Part shown: positions 1 through 14,789 of the stretch, piece by piece
How positions within the stretch are numbered: the stretch's first letter is position 1
Layout of the letters: each line of letters opens with the position of its first letter
DNA from: Octopus vulgaris
Taxonomy: Eukaryota
Direction of reading: 5' to 3'
Assembly (NCBI GenBank): GCA_951406725.2
Contig: OX597821.1
Span: forward strand, 83,080,001-83,144,000
DNA: 64,000 bases
The notes under the pieces: model-generated
The model's database searches: none
What the model was told of the DNA's origin: nothing
Seen by the model: the letters and a program-made list of their open reading frames with translations, nothing else
Program-made: the position numbers and the translations under genes

Positions 1-377
1 ATTGTTTGAAAAGTTAGTATTTTCGCCTTAGACAGAGTTCAGTGTCAATAACGATTAAGAAATGTCGTAGGTGCTATGAATAAAAAACTAAAATATTAAT
101 ACAATTCAAAGTTGTTTTTCCTTCTCATTTCACACGAACTTGCTTCTGAGGACAGAACCCCACCTAATATTCACCACCATTGTTCAATTATATATCTATT
201 TATTTTGTCAATGGCGTTTCCTATATCTTTTACTTTTTACGATATAAACAATTTTCCCACAAACAAGGAAAACTTTAAGGCGTGGTTTTTTTTTTTTGTT
301 GCTAGTTGAAAATTATAATACCTTGATTTCATTGTTTAATTTATACCTTTCAATATTGTTTCTTGTTTTTCTTTCTT

Positions 378-452
<75 letters not shown>

Positions 453-554
453 GTCTGTCTGTCTTCTGTCTGTCTATCTATCTATCTATCTATCTGTCTG
501 TCTGTCTTCTGTCTGTCTATCTATCTATCTGTCTGTCTGTCTGTCTTCTGTATG

Positions 555-642
<88 letters not shown>
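378..642. repeat. (TCTA)n/(TCTG)n compound microsatellite, followed by a pyrimidine-rich tract to ~1040
   Basis: Direct reading; explains the YLSI-repeat ORFs. Confidence 0.97.
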
Positions 643-644
<2 letters not shown>

Positions 645-1811
645 ACTCAGTATTTATTCCTTGTTTTCCCTGTCTATCAATTTATCAATCTACCTGCCAA
701 CCAGTCAAACTCTATCTATTTCGTTCTTTTTTCCTTACTTTTTTCTTCCATTCTTTCCCCTGTTCTTCATTTCTACTCCTTTTTATTTCTCTCTCTATCT
801 CTCTCTCTATCTCTCACTCTCTCTCTCTTTCATACCTCTTTTTTATGTTTTTATGTCTCTATTTTTCATGCCTATTTTATGCTTTATTCTTTTTTTTTAT
901 CTTTTCTTCTATTTCCTTTTCTTCTTTTTTCCTACTGTATCTTGCTTTTCTTCCTTTATTCCTTCGTTTTTTTTTTCTGAGAAAATAAGAAAGAAGGATA
1001 AAATGTAATTCTTTCTTTTTTCATTTTTTCCTTCTCTCTAATCATTTCTATCACTGGAAAATGTCACTGAACTTCCTTTGCAATTTTAATTTAACATCAT
1101 GAAGCCATTACGAGACGTTCCGTTCCCTGGATAAGACTGTAAGCTGTGTGAATTCCAAAGGAGATCTTCAACAGTGGAAGCGGCAAGAAATATTCCATCT
1201 GTCTATGGAAACGAATCTTTATGTGTCCGGATATGGCAATGATGGTTTAGCCAGTTTCATTCAGGAATTTGCAATGAGGTCTGTTGCAGGCTTCATTCAT
1301 GGGACTTTGAATTCTTCATTGTCAGTGAATGCTAGTAAATCGCTCTCTTGTACATCATGTCTTCTGTGTGCTTACAATAGACAACTGTTGTTGATAATGT
1401 CGTTTAGACCCAGATCAGCTGTAATTGAACCTGTGTTTGATGAAAGGTGTTCAAGTGAAAACCATCTTGTTTTGTATTGTGTATCAAGGAGTACAGTGTC
1501 AGTGAAATGTCCTTTCCTTCGTGTTAGGGGTTGTGAATTTTAGAGGGATTTTCTTTTACTGCATATTGAACTGCCCAGAGACCGTTCATGGAAGGGAAAT
1601 ATAGAAGATTTTTTTAAAATCATAATTTGCTCTTATAATATGAATTAATGTTCGAACTTTTTATGTTTTCTTATAAGTATATCGAAAGTGAAGTGCTTAC
1701 ATTATAAAGAAATCATTATGTTGCATATAACGATTACTATAATTTTACTATGATTTTATCAAAACTGCATCATAAAGGTTAGAAAGTTTTTACTTCTGAT
1801 CCAACTGTCAA

Positions 1812-1995
<184 letters not shown>

Positions 1996-2613
1996 ATTCA
2001 GTTCTTTGGTAGAGATTCATTTCTTAACACGTTCCGTGTCACTGTCTCACCAGGCAGCTTGAAGATAATGATATAATAGTTTAGTCCTCACACATGGGTA
2101 TTTTCACCTACAAATCTTATACGCAGCCTTAGCAACAATAAAAGGCAGATTCAAAACAAAAGATATACTCTAAATGAGGCGCCTACGTAAACATTAAAAA
2201 GAAAAACTACAAAGCGTGGAAGTGTATAATGTCTGACTGATTAGTATTTGTAATTTCTTTGACTTTCACTCAGCAAAGAAGACTCAAGTGAAAAATATTA
2301 CTGGAGTTCTTTTCATTCATATATTCCTTTCATTCTCTTCTACATTAACTTTATGTACCTGTACAACACTATTTTAAAAATGTACACACGTATTCGTCGT
2401 TATGTAACTATAGCAGGCTAACACTATAGTTAATAACAATATTCAAGAGAGTCAGGAATTTAAACGGAAGAGGTCGTTTATTATTGTTAAACGTTCACCT
2501 GGCAAGACAACAATTTTGTAAAACACTTAATGGAGTTGTCACTTTATGGTTTAACAAATATGTTCGAGATTCAATGCCAATGTAATTGGTTTTGTGGCGA
2601 GATTTAACAGGTT

Positions 2614-2667
2614 TTAATCGAAGGAATACGACGTAAACCTTTAATCGAAGGAATACGTCGTAAACCT
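2614..2667. repeat. 27-bp tandem duplication
   Basis: ttaatcgaaggaatacg(a/t)cgtaaacct twice, one mismatch. Confidence 0.9.
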
Positions 2668-3011
2668 GGTAAAGTATAACCATGTACCGGTGATAGTTTA
2701 CTAAAATATTAACTAGTGCGTGTGGTTATAGTGTACTGTCGATTCCAACACTATTACTACGGTGGTCTCATTTGTTGGTCAGTTTAGCATTACAACTAAA
2801 TTCTTTAATGTTTTTGAGTGGAATCCAAGCTGTTACCTGAAGTATTTGATCATGTTTCCATTCAGAGGATAACTCAATATTTTGATCCACTGCTCCTTAT
2901 CACATTTTCTATCAATTACAAGTCTCGAGGACCGTTACAACAGACCAATGACACTTCCTTTTATGACAAAATACGGACGCGCGCACAAGCACACCCACAC
3001 CCAGACACGCG

Positions 3012-3082
<71 letters not shown>

Positions 3083-3370
3083 GTATGCAAATTATCATCG
3101 TGATAGAGTATGGTCGTAATCAGGATTTCGACCAGAATGTTCTCCAATATTAATATGAATCTATCGGGAGACATTTAATTCTTGAAAAATGCTAAATTTA
3201 AATGAATGTTAAATAATAATATTTGCATGAAGTGGCGCAGGGTGGGTCGTCCGAACCCGTCGAATCCGACATAGCTACGCTACGAGAACATTATCTATAA
3301 CCATTGTAGAATGTCTATTAAAGTATATAATGATAATATTAGATTTTTATTGTTGATTATTATTATATAA

Positions 3371-3557
3371 GCGCAGGAGTAGCTGTGTGTTAGGTAGCTT
3401 GCTTACCAACCACATGGTTCCGGGTTCAGTCCCATTGCGTGGCACCTTGGGCAAGTGTCTTCTACTATAGCCTCGAGCCGACCAAAGCCTTGTGAGTGGA
3501 TTTGGTAGACGGAAACTGAAAGAAGCCCGTCGTGTATATATATATATATATATATAT

Positions 3558-3597
<40 letters not shown>

Positions 3598-3805
3598 ATG
3601 TCTGTATTTGTCCCCCAACATCACTTGACAACTGATGCTGGTGTGTTTACGTCCTCGTCACTTAGCGGTTCGGCAAGAAAGACCGATAGACTAAGAACTA
3701 GACTTACAAAGAATAAGTCCTGGGGTCGATTTGTTCGACTAAAGGTGGTGCTCCAGCATGGCGGCAGTCAAATGACTGAAACAAATAAGATAAAAAATAA
3801 AAAAA
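3371..3805 (+). mobile_element. SINE family B, full length, with internal (TA)/(TG) microsatellite
   Basis: tRNA-like head (gctgtgtg..taggtag, ccgggttcagtccc), CORE-like ccttgggcaagtgtctt, 3' ccagcatggc.gcagtcaaatgactgaaac plus A-rich tail; near-identical to copies at 19.3, 26.4 and 51.8 kb. Confidence 0.92.
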
Positions 3806-3859
3806 TATAATATCAATCACTGCCTCCACAGAAATGTTGCAGATAATTTTGACACAGGC

Positions 3860-3990
3860 CAACAGGTTTTAAGGGAAAGGGCGAGTCTAAAAGATGAGAG
3901 GAATAGTTAAGCTCGGTGGAATCTGGACTAGGAACGTAAGGCGAGATGAAATGCCGCCACACTTTTTTCTGGATTGCTAACGATTCTGTC
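3860..3990 (-). mobile_element. SINE family A, degraded
   Basis: ggaatctggactaggaacgtaag...gctaacgattctg matches the reverse of the family A head. Confidence 0.65.
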
Positions 3991-3998
3991 GGTACGCA

Positions 3999-4172
3999 TT
4001 AGGAGATAACGCACCAGCTTTATCAACAGTACAAAAGTGGCCAGCTGAATCTACGAGGAGAAGAGAGACTCTTCAAGATTATCCAAGATCTGGACGTCCT
4101 GCAACTGTCACCACCGAAGAAAACATTAAGCGTATTCACCACATGCTGATGAATGACAGGCGATTGACTATA
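3999..4172 (+). pseudogene. mariner transposase N-terminal (HTH/linker) fragment
   Basis: Translates LGDNAPALSTVQKWPAESTRRRETLQDYPRSGRPATVTTEENIKRIHHMLMNDRRLTI, matching the mariner pattern V.KW...F..G..SLED.PRSGRP...DRR.T. Confidence 0.88.
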
Positions 4173-4179
4173 AATTCTT

Positions 4180-4600
4180 TTTTTTTTCTACTCTAGGGAC
4201 AAGGCCCGAAATTTTTGGGGAGGGGACCAATCGATTAGATCGACTCCAGTACGCAACTGGTACTATTTCATCGATCTCGAAAGAACGAAAGGCAAAGTCG
4301 ACCTTAGCGGAATTTGAACTCAGAACGCAAAGACAGCATTTTCTCCGGCGTACCAATGATTCTGCTAAGCTCGCCGAATTAATGTTACTAATGGTTTCAA
4401 ATTTCAATATTAATTTTAATAATGGATTCAAATTTTGACTCAAACTAACAAATCCGGAGTTGGAGGTAACTTGATTACAGCGACTCCAATGTTCAACTGG
4501 TACTTATTTTATCGAGCCCAAAAGGATGAAAAGCAAAGATGGACGAGACACCGCAAAGCATTTTGCTCGGTGTGCTAACGATTTTGCAAGCTCGCCACCT
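4180..4600 (-). mobile_element. Two tandem SINE family A copies (~4180-4378, ~4430-4600)
   Basis: Both show aactggtact(t)attt..atcga..cgaaaggatgaaa and gctaacgatt..gc.agctcgcc. Confidence 0.85.
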
Positions 4601-4963
4601 TAATGTTTCGGATAATAATAAACAGAAAAATGAGGCGTGAGTGTTTGTTACAAGAAACCAGTCAGGTGACAAAAAGAACACTTAATGTCACTAAATTCAC
4701 AAATTTTAAGACATTTGAAAATATTTATTTTTTAACGGTCATTGACCTGTTTGAAGAAACAATGCGGTTTTCTTTTTGCTTTTTTTTTTTGTTTCGTTCG
4801 TCTCCTACTCTACCATTCTTCTTCTTCTTCTTCTTCTTCTTCTTCTTCTTCTTCTTCTTCTTCTTCTTCTTCTTCTTCTTCATTTGTTGCCCTTCTGCCT
4901 GTTGAAGCAACTGCAGTCCTTGTTACATGCGATTTTGAAAGCATTGCAACTGTTACCGTGGTG

Positions 4964-4994
<31 letters not shown>

Positions 4995-5659
4995 TGTTTT
5001 CTCTTGCACGTAGAGATTGCAAAACAAGTGAAGTAGTAGTCGAGAAGGGTCGTGATTAATAAATGGCATAGCTAAGACGAGGAAAATAAACAAACAATGG
5101 TAGCCAGAGAAATATACCAATAATAACCCAAACACATATAAACAGCAACAAAACATCTGCACTGATACAGTCGCTAAGGTGAGTACAGACGCGGTACAGA
5201 CTATTTCCCTCCCATACACACACACACTTTTCTTCTTCTCCTACTGCTCCTCCCCAGTCTTTAAGCAGCCGACAACCTGTACGACAACGTCAAACGTTAA
5301 CAGGTTCACCTATGCATTAAATCAGTGAAGCAGACGATTGACGCAATTGTTTTGTTACAGAGAAAGATTCCAATAAACTTGCTTCTGCGTTTACTCGTAA
5401 CTATGGTAGTAAGGTTTGTTTGTTGTTTGAACTACCTGTTGCCTTGTTTATTCGACGGATATTTAATAACAGCAACGGTTCACTTGACAATTGTTTATAA
5501 ACACGGGCATAGCTATGACAACAGCAGGGAAATAACTGCCATCGTACAAAAAATATGCTTGACAAAAAATATGCTCTTGGTGAACATTAGCGTCTTGAGG
5601 GAATTGCAAAGAAAATTTTCTTGGTTCCGCCCTTTTTGTTCGTATCTTATCGTTAGCAT

Positions 5660-5741
<82 letters not shown>

Positions 5742-6279
5742 GATCGATCGATCGATCTATCTATCCATCTGTCTGTCTGTCTGCTTGTCTGTTTGTCTGT
5801 CTGTTTGTCTGTTTGTCTGTCTGCCTATGTATCTGTCTGTCTGTTTGTCTGTCAGTCAGTCTGCATGCCTGCATGTCTGTCTGTATGTTTACCTGTCCAT
5901 CTACCTATCTATTTATCTATCGATATGTCTGTTTGTCTGTTAATCTATCTATCTAATTTACCTGAGATCTACTTCGTGGTCGTTCGATCTGCTAGAAACA
6001 ACAACTAAAATTCCCTTAAATTTATATCCTACCTCCTGAAAAAAAATGACGTACGCATTAAATAATGTCGACCATGATGTATTATGACTGACGAATAATA
6101 AATTGGAGAAAGGATTATGGTTGGACACCTTTGCCTATAGTCCTACTCGATCAGAACTGATATAAGGAGCCTACCAACTATAACAGCCACGCAAGTATCC
6201 ATCTGGCGGCACCCAACTTCTAACGGCATTCATGAGCTCTCGCTATCACTAGCCAATGAAACATTTGTCGAATACACTA

Positions 6280-6510
6280 TTCTTGCGCCAATGCCGCTCT
6301 CAAACCCAGGAGAAGAAGCAGGAGGATTAGGCGTCGGGCCAGCAACTTGGCTCAGCAAAAATCAGTGATCGCTAAAGAGAATTTCACGAGAACGGTTGTA
6401 GGGAAATGCCAAGTCCTAACGAAAGCCGAAAGTAAGATAGGCCTAGAAGAGCTAGATTCTGAGTGCCAAAGCCACAACTGAGTTGGGGACTTGGAATGTT
6501 CTCCGTTACA
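6280..6510 (+). mobile_element. Probable RTE-type LINE 5' UTR and start of the APE endonuclease
   Basis: ggattaggcgtcgggccagcaac followed by LGTWNVL, resembling the APE start motif (I/L)GTWNV. Confidence 0.5.
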
Positions 6511-7053
6511 AAGCCCAATGCGCAAGACGACCTAATGCTAAAAGCTACCCCTGCATTTTACAGAGTAATAAGCTGAACTTATCACTGTACCTAGTTATCA
6601 CTAGGTGGACTAACTTTATTTTTTGTTTTTTTTATTTTTGAGAATTAAGTGCCTTGGTCGGTATTCGGCTCTAGAGCGATGATGGGATTCGAAATCGCGT
6701 TTCTTCGCTTAGCAGTCGAACATTGTAACAGTCTATCCACTCAGCCATCTACGACTCTGTGTACATTTAATGTGTGTGTGAATATGTGTGTGCGCATGCG
6801 TGCGTGAGTGTGTATGTGAGAAAGAGAAAGAGAGAGAGAGAGAAATTTAGGTTGTGTGTGTGTGTGTGTATGTGTGTCTTAGTGTGTGTATTTGTGTGTC
6901 TGTCTGTGTGTGTTTGTGTGCATATGTGTATGTACGCATGTGTGTTTCAAAGAGAAAACAGAATGCGACAGTGATGGAATGCAAACTTGCGGTTCTTTGT
7001 TTAGTAGTCGAATATTCTATCATACTGTCTAGTCGGCCATCAACGACTTACCC

Positions 7054-7084
<31 letters not shown>

Positions 7085-7213
7085 CTATGTGTGTGAATCA
7101 CTGTATGTGTGTGTGTGTGTACGTCAGCGTGTGAGAGTGTGTGAGTGTCTGCGTGTGTGCGCATACACACATATGTATGTATGTATCTATGTATATATAT
7201 ATATATGTATATG

Positions 7214-7260
<47 letters not shown>

Positions 7261-7584
7261 GCGTGTGTTTCAGAGAATGGGGCAGAAAGAGAGAGGGAGA
7301 GAGAGAGAGATAAGCGAATGAAAATATTCGAGAGGCGTCAAGCTAGACGGTTCCAAATGTCTTATGCAAATGTTGACCAGAGTACAATTAAAATAATTTA
7401 AAACCCGAATGCATGCTGAATTAGCCAGGAACGATTCTGATCAAATTTCTGCTGTAGCGTTTTACAGTGTTGATTTCTGTGTGAATGTGAATAAGCTAAA
7501 TTATAAAGCAGCAACAAGTACCGCTTGTGACCTTCCTGATAACTTCTTACATTATGACATAATATGTTATCTTGTTAGTAGGCA

Positions 7585-7770
7585 CTGAAGGCAGCAAGCT
7601 TGCAGAATTATTAGCTCAGCAAATAACAATGCTTCGTACCTCTTTATGTTCTGAGTTCGAATTCCACCGAACCCGACTCTGGTTTTCATTCTTTCAAGGT
7701 CGATGAAATATATACCACTGCAGTCAATTATCCTTCTTCCTCGCAAATCTGAAGACTTGTTCATATAGTA
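7585..7770 (+). mobile_element. SINE family A, degraded
   Basis: gttctgagttcgaattccaccgaa...ttttcattctttcaaggtcgat. Confidence 0.75.
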
Positions 7771-8417
7771 GGAGAGAATATTATTTTTACAAGAATAGCG
7801 TTGACAGTGACTTAGAAGTTTTTACCGGTTAGCTTTCCCCTGACAGTCCGACGAAAGCTATGTATGCATAAAACTTCGAAGTCGCTGACGTCCCTCTTCT
7901 TGTAAAATTATAATAAATATGTATTCTAAGTAATGTATTGAGTAATTCTTCAGTTTAATGTTAAATTGTTTTCATTGTAACTCGACATAAAAGCAAACAT
8001 TAATGCGTGTGTGTGTGTGTGTGTGTGTGTAAATACATAAGCACTCACACATATATACACAAAAATACCAAGACGGTCACTTACATGCGCACTCATATAA
8101 AAATAAAATGTTTCACGTATACTTTTTCATTTGCTATTTTTCTCTTTTTTTTTGCACCCTATTACGTGACTATTACAGCTGTTTCTGATATTATGTCCAT
8201 ATAACCTGTTCTAATGGTTCTGCAGAATAGACGGACATAGAGTAACAAACAAGTGCAGAAATAAATACCAGTGACCAGACACCATGTCTGATTCTTTATC
8301 TTGCAAGTCTAGTGTTTCTCTGGTTACTTACTGTCAAACCCACTCGACTTCCGAGGCTGTGAGACTGAAAGTGGGTGTGTGCGAGTGTGGATAAATCACC
8401 ATGTTTGATAATATTGG

Positions 8418-8575
8418 TTTCCAGTACTTATTTTATCGACCTCGAAAGGATGAAAGACAAGGTCGACCTTGGCCGAATTTGAACTCAGAACGTAAAGACA
8501 GGCGAAATGCCGCTAAGCATTTGCCCAGCATGCGACGCCGCTAAGCATTTTGCCCAACATGCTAAAGCATCCTTG
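8418..8575 (-). mobile_element. SINE family A with an internal ~28-bp duplication
   Basis: Family A core on the minus strand; flanked by catgttt(g/a)ataatatt (possible TSD). Confidence 0.88.
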
Positions 8576-8605
8576 TCATGTTTAATAATATTAAGATGGT
8601 TTTCA

Positions 8606-8812
8606 GGGCGGTGAGCTAGAAGAGTCGTTAGCCCTCGGGGCCAAGTGCTTAGCGGCATTTCGACCGTCTTTAGGTTCTGAGTTCAAATTCGCCGAGGTCG
8701 ACTTTATCTATCATCTTTTCGGGGTCGATAAAATAAATAGCAGTTGAGCACTGGAATCGATGTAATTGACTTAACCCCTTCCCGAACTTGCTGGCCTAGT
8801 GCCAAAATTTGA
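8606..8812 (+). mobile_element. SINE family A (older tail type)
   Basis: Full head and core; flanked by the direct repeat aatattaagatggttt (TSD). Confidence 0.92.
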
Positions 8813-8914
8813 AATATTAAGATGGTTTCCACCTTTTTAAACTTGTCACCATGGTGATGAAAGAGGAATTATATGGATGCAAAATCTATTTTTTATCATC
8901 GCATTAATAAAGGA

Positions 8915-9232
8915 GGGAGAGGCGTTGACAGAATCGTTACTGTGCCGGACAACGATTTTAACGGCTCGTAGAACATCGACTCCAGTATTCAACTTGAGTC
9001 GATGCACTCGACTTACGTCTCCTAAAATTTCTGTCAAAATTAGAGAGAATTAATAAAGGGGAAAAGTAGCGGGCTAGCAGAATCGTTACCGCGCCGAACA
9101 AAATGCTTAGCGGTGTTTCTTCCGGCTCTTTACATTCTGAGTTCAAATGCCGAAGTGCTTGACTTTACCTTTCATCCTTTCGGGGGTCTAGAAAATAAGT
9201 ATCAGTTGATCAAGGGGTCGATGTAATTAACT
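8915..9232 (+). mobile_element. Two further SINE A copies (internally deleted ~8915-9030; ~9068-9232)
   Basis: cagaatcgttac heads; ctgagttcaaat...ctttcatcctttcgggg core. Confidence 0.8.
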
Positions 9233-9778
9233 TCCGTTTTCGTTTCTATTTCTTGCAAACATTGTGACCATATAGAAGCACCCTCATCTATTTTGAAAAA
9301 TTGGGGAGATCTATAATGACTGAGCCTTTTCCCCGTTAAAGATATCATATTTCGTGGCTTATATTAGAAACTACATTAAAATGCGCACTCTGTGCGGCCC
9401 AAAACTAAAGAGAGCCAAACAGCATGACTATAATACGTCTATAAGGACTATATGCCCCGGTGGTGTTTGATCAGAGGTTAAAGACAGACGAGAATTAATT
9501 CCGTAATGCAGTTATTCTATTGTTCCAGTCCCAAGTTGAATTCTAACTGTTGGCCAATTTGTCCCAAAGTTCTATCTCGATGTAAAATTAACGAAGCAAA
9601 TGCCATTTATCCCCATCTTGATCTCTGAAAAAATGCCACCCAGATGGTGTGAATCAGCCAAGTTTTACCTGTAAGAAAGAGCAACCCTAATGCTTTTAAA
9701 TCAGATACCGATGCTAGATGTTCAAGAACCAGGTGAAGGGCAGATTTTCAATCCCGGGATCATCCTGATTCCATAAAG

Positions 9779-10011
9779 GGCGGCGAGCTGGCAGAAACGT
9801 TAGCACGCCGGGCGAAATGCTTAGCGGTATTTCGTCTGCCGTTACGTTGTGAGTTCAAATTCCGTCGAGGTCGACTTTGTCTTTCATCCTTTCGGGGTCG
9901 ATAAATTAAGTACCAGTTACGCACTGGAGTCGATGTAATCGACTTAATACCTATGTCTGTCCTAGTTTGTCCCCTCTGTGTTTAGCCCCTTGTGGGTAAT
10001 AAAGAAATAGG
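9779..10011 (+). mobile_element. SINE family A, young full-length copy
   Basis: ggcggcgagctggcagaaacgttagc (A box), gagttcaaattcc (B box), ctttcatcctttcggggtcgataaattaagtacc core; near-identical to 53610 and 63144. Confidence 0.95.
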
Positions 10012-10107
10012 TATAATATGCCCATGTAGAGCAAATGTAGGCTGAGATACAGGGGTCTCGGACGGAAAGACAGAATTTCACTTTTATTATTATAGATGAT
10101 TAATATA

Positions 10108-10940
<833 letters not shown>

Positions 10941-11264
10941 TAATAATTATTAATTTCATTAATCAGGAACGGTGATGGACGGCAAATTCAGTGAAACGTT
11001 TGACAAATTTCATTACCTTGTTGTCTTACTTCCCTTTTAACTCCCTAATTTCAAATCCCGACATGTTTGACTTTGCCTTTTGTCCTTGGGGAGTCAATGA
11101 AATAAGTAGCGCTCTTAAAATTTTGTGGGTTGAATTAATCGACAAATAGCCCTTTCCTTCAATTTGTTTTTTCTTTTTTTTTTCTTTTGTTCCTTTGTTA
11201 GTAATCTAAAAAATATGATCTGAAAATACACAGTTTCCTCTTCATTCTGCATCTTTTCATTCTC

Positions 11265-11330
<66 letters not shown>

Positions 11331-11819
11331 ATAAATTATTATTATTATTTGTTCTTATCTTTATCACCCAACAGCATAAACTTTTGCCTTCAGCAATAAA
11401 TATATTTGCATTAACCTATCCTGCAGACGATTCCTCGGCAGCCATCTTGTTTCCCAAGCACAAAGAAGTCACCTAGACGTCAAAACAGATCTATGTTTGT
11501 TCTGTAGTGAACCAATTGTTTTGCTGTCTAACTGACTCCGTTATCATAAGGAGAGATTTATCTGAGATCAGTAAAAGATAACTTCGCATAAACCCTGCCA
11601 CACACATAAGAACAAGGCTATTAAATAAATTGTATGTACACCATATGATGTTTTACTTCGTAGTTTATTGGCGATACTACTTGCTTTTATAGATACTAAA
11701 ATAAAGAATGAAGTCAAATAGAAGCATGAATGCAAGCACGTACTCACATGCACGCCTACATGTTTATGTGTAGATATATACATACAAACATACATATATG
11801 TGTATGCATTTCTTTATGT

Positions 11820-11830
11820 ATATATATATA

Positions 11831-11890
<60 letters not shown>

Positions 11891-12145
11891 TATACATGTG
11901 TATGCATATCTATATATGTGTGTGTTTTATTTGTATGCATATGCATACGTACATGCATGCATATATGAATACATACATACATGCATATATACATACATAC
12001 ACACACACATACATACATACATACATACATACATACATACATACATACATGCATGCATGCATGCATGCACACACATACATACATACATACATACATACAT
12101 ACATACATGCACACATACAGTCCACACATACAGTCCACACATATA
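11820..12145. repeat. (TA)n/(TACA)n/(TGCA)n compound microsatellite
   Basis: Direct reading. Confidence 0.95.
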
Positions 12146-12599
12146 TATTCATTTGCAAACACACCTATTCACACAAATACACGTGCTTCCACCGAAAACA
12201 AGAAAAAATAACTTCATTGACAAACACTGACACATATAATAACCCGGTGTTTATGTGAAACCAATATTATTGATATAAAGATTGGCTGATAATATTGTTC
12301 AGGACAAAGTGACAAGTACCGTTGTGCATCAGGGCCTGTCTTGACGAGCTGAGAAGACTGATAAGGATTCAGTTAGCCATCACTTCACTTATTTTCACAA
12401 ATGATATTTTTGGGAAAGGCATGAATATCACATTAATTAAAAATTTACGAGACATAGCTTGGGCGAATACTTACCGAAACTTACCTTATTTCACATGTCT
12501 TTCGTGTCCCGTCAGAAAGTATAAGTTGCATGAAATAAATTTCAATGTTTTATTCGGCAAAGAGGCCGAATGCACTTCTATGAAGCTTCTGAGCAATGT

Positions 12600-12860
12600 A
12601 CAATAGCATGGTCTGAGCAGGTTCATACCCTCAATTCCTGCTCGTCTTGCACATTCATCCTTCAAGAAATTTACTGGAAGGTAGAGGAGCAGCACTCCCC
12701 TCTGCATTCTCATTTTCCTTTTCAAGGGAAACTTGGGAAAGTTGATGAGAGCTTGACTATGGAGGAAAGTGTCTGTTTTCACCCTCTCAGTCTCATTCAT
12801 CACATAACCGCTGTTATCAAGCCAACCAGACACATAAAAACTGCCTGCTCTTTCCAGCCA
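12600..12860 (-). pseudogene. LINE ORF2 C-terminal relic (possibly Tx1/L1-like)
   Basis: ERVKTDTFLHSQALINFPKFPLKRKMRMQRGVL aligns with KGLKTDLFLLDQVLINFFKFYSKTK at 57.9 kb; clade assignment is inference. Confidence 0.55.
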
Positions 12861-12889
12861 AAGAAGACAGCAGGACGATCGTTGTTCAC

Positions 12890-13052
12890 TTACGCCGTGG
12901 CGTTGTGAGTTCAAATTCCGCCGAGCATCCTTACGGGGTCGATAAATTAAGTACCAGTGACGCACTGGGGTCGATGTAATCGATTTAATCGGTTTGTCTG
13001 TACTTGTTTGTCCCCTCTATGTTTAACCCCTTGTGGACAATAAAGAAATAAG
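12890..13052 (+). mobile_element. SINE family A (young tail), 5'-truncated
   Basis: gagttcaaattccgccgag...gtttaaccccttgtggacaataaagaaata. Confidence 0.9.
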
Positions 13053-13429
13053 AAATATATATGGGTAATGGTGCTTATTTATGCATTTAGTTTCTGAATT
13101 TATTTGAGTTTATAAAATCAATGTGTAAATGTATATGAAAAGTTTTGAAAATATTGACTCATGATTGTTTTAAGGCGACGGAGCGTATTTCATACTGTAA
13201 CGAACCTATGGAAAAACATTCAAGAAAAATATGCAAATTTTCATCATTGAAGTAGTATAAAATTAGACTACTAAAAATGAAAGTAAATGCAGAAAAGAAT
13301 TTGAGATATTTTCAACATTTATTTATCTTTGTAAATATCTGGTCAAAATATGTGAGAACATATATACATACATACATAGATGCCGTACATATACATATAT
13401 TTGTATGCACCTGCATGCATGCATGTGTT

Positions 13430-13515
<86 letters not shown>

Positions 13516-14789
13516 TGTGTGTGTGTGCGTAAACAATAAAATTATACGCATTTTAATCAGATATCACCTGACAAATTTACAGTCTTATCAATATTTTTTC
13601 ATGAAAAACAGACAATGCTTCTATTATCAGACGAATAAAGCTGTTATGTTAGCAGGTGTCTTGAGGGCCGCCATCTTGATGGGAGTTGCGGAAAATCCAG
13701 CTGTTACGTTTTCAAGGTTATATAAATTTGCTTTGTCAGGTGTTTATTTGGAAAGCTGACACAATATTTCGACTTCACAAAACTCAGTCCAGTGTACAGT
13801 GATTGACAGCAGTATGGTGCGCCGATAACTGATTGGATTCGCATACCGCTGCAGTGTTCAGCTACATACTGATGATTTGTGAATCATCTTTAGACCAAAG
13901 TCCTTTTATCATTCCGTTTGTTCTATTTCTACGGCAGATGGTTCTGAAATTAAAGGTTCCAAAATTAGACAACACTAGTCATGAATGTTTTGCAAGCAAT
14001 CTTTGTAATGTACATCGTTGTTATTCCAGTTTGTGATCTCCAATACCAGGGAATTGTCTACTCTTCTACAGAGATTCGGAAAGTGACTTAAGTTCCTTGA
14101 CAATTTTTCCTTTTGAAAAACTTTTATTTAATTTTGGAAGCTTAAAATCCTATTAGTACGATCAAAAGCTATCTTCTCCTTCTTGAATGCCAAGTTGAGA
14201 GCTCATAAGTTATTTCTTATATCAGAAAGGTTCATCAGATCCTACGTGCGACCATCATTTCGTAGTTGCGGTTCTTTTCTAGTTTTTGGCTAAATGTTTT
14301 CTAGTTCTAGGTTCTTTTCTTTAGAAAAGGTCCCATTCGCAGCTACAAAATGATGCTCCAAAGACCGCGACATATCCGCGAGCTTTTTTGAAGAGATCGC
14401 TGGTTGACAGCCACCTGAAATGTTATAGAAATTACTGGATTCATCTTAAAATAAAATTTCTGAAATATCGGTGGGTCTTTAAGCATTTAAAGGAATGAAA
14501 TAAACAATATCAAGTACAAATTTCTTAAATCTTCTCACGATAAGTATCTGGTTACAAATTGTTCCCTATGATTGATGCAATGAAAAGGGGGCGGGTGAAC
14601 TCTGGAAGGCAGGGATCACTTTTCGAAAGTGCAATTAATCTTGTGTTTTTTTACGCATCATTGCCAGTGTTCCACAAGTTGTTTGTTTTAACGCCATTAA
14701 CTCCCACCACTTTTCATTCGTGATTGATTGCATGAGAGGAAACAACGAACGAATACTCTCAGCTCTGCGTCGTCTTGTATCTTTTATCC

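Noticed and set aside
7838-7900. Hammerhead-like ccgacga...cgaag motif
   Set aside because: Core and GAAA are both mutated and the stems are weak; not supportable.
9779-9870. tRNA gene calls for SINE heads (also 41080-41154 and 51840-51905)
   Set aside because: A/B boxes are present but there is no full cloverleaf, and each continues into a repeated SINE body.
13750-14450. Possible decayed LINE endonuclease on the minus strand (HHFVAANGTFSK)
   Set aside because: A single weak motif; cannot be assigned without a profile search.
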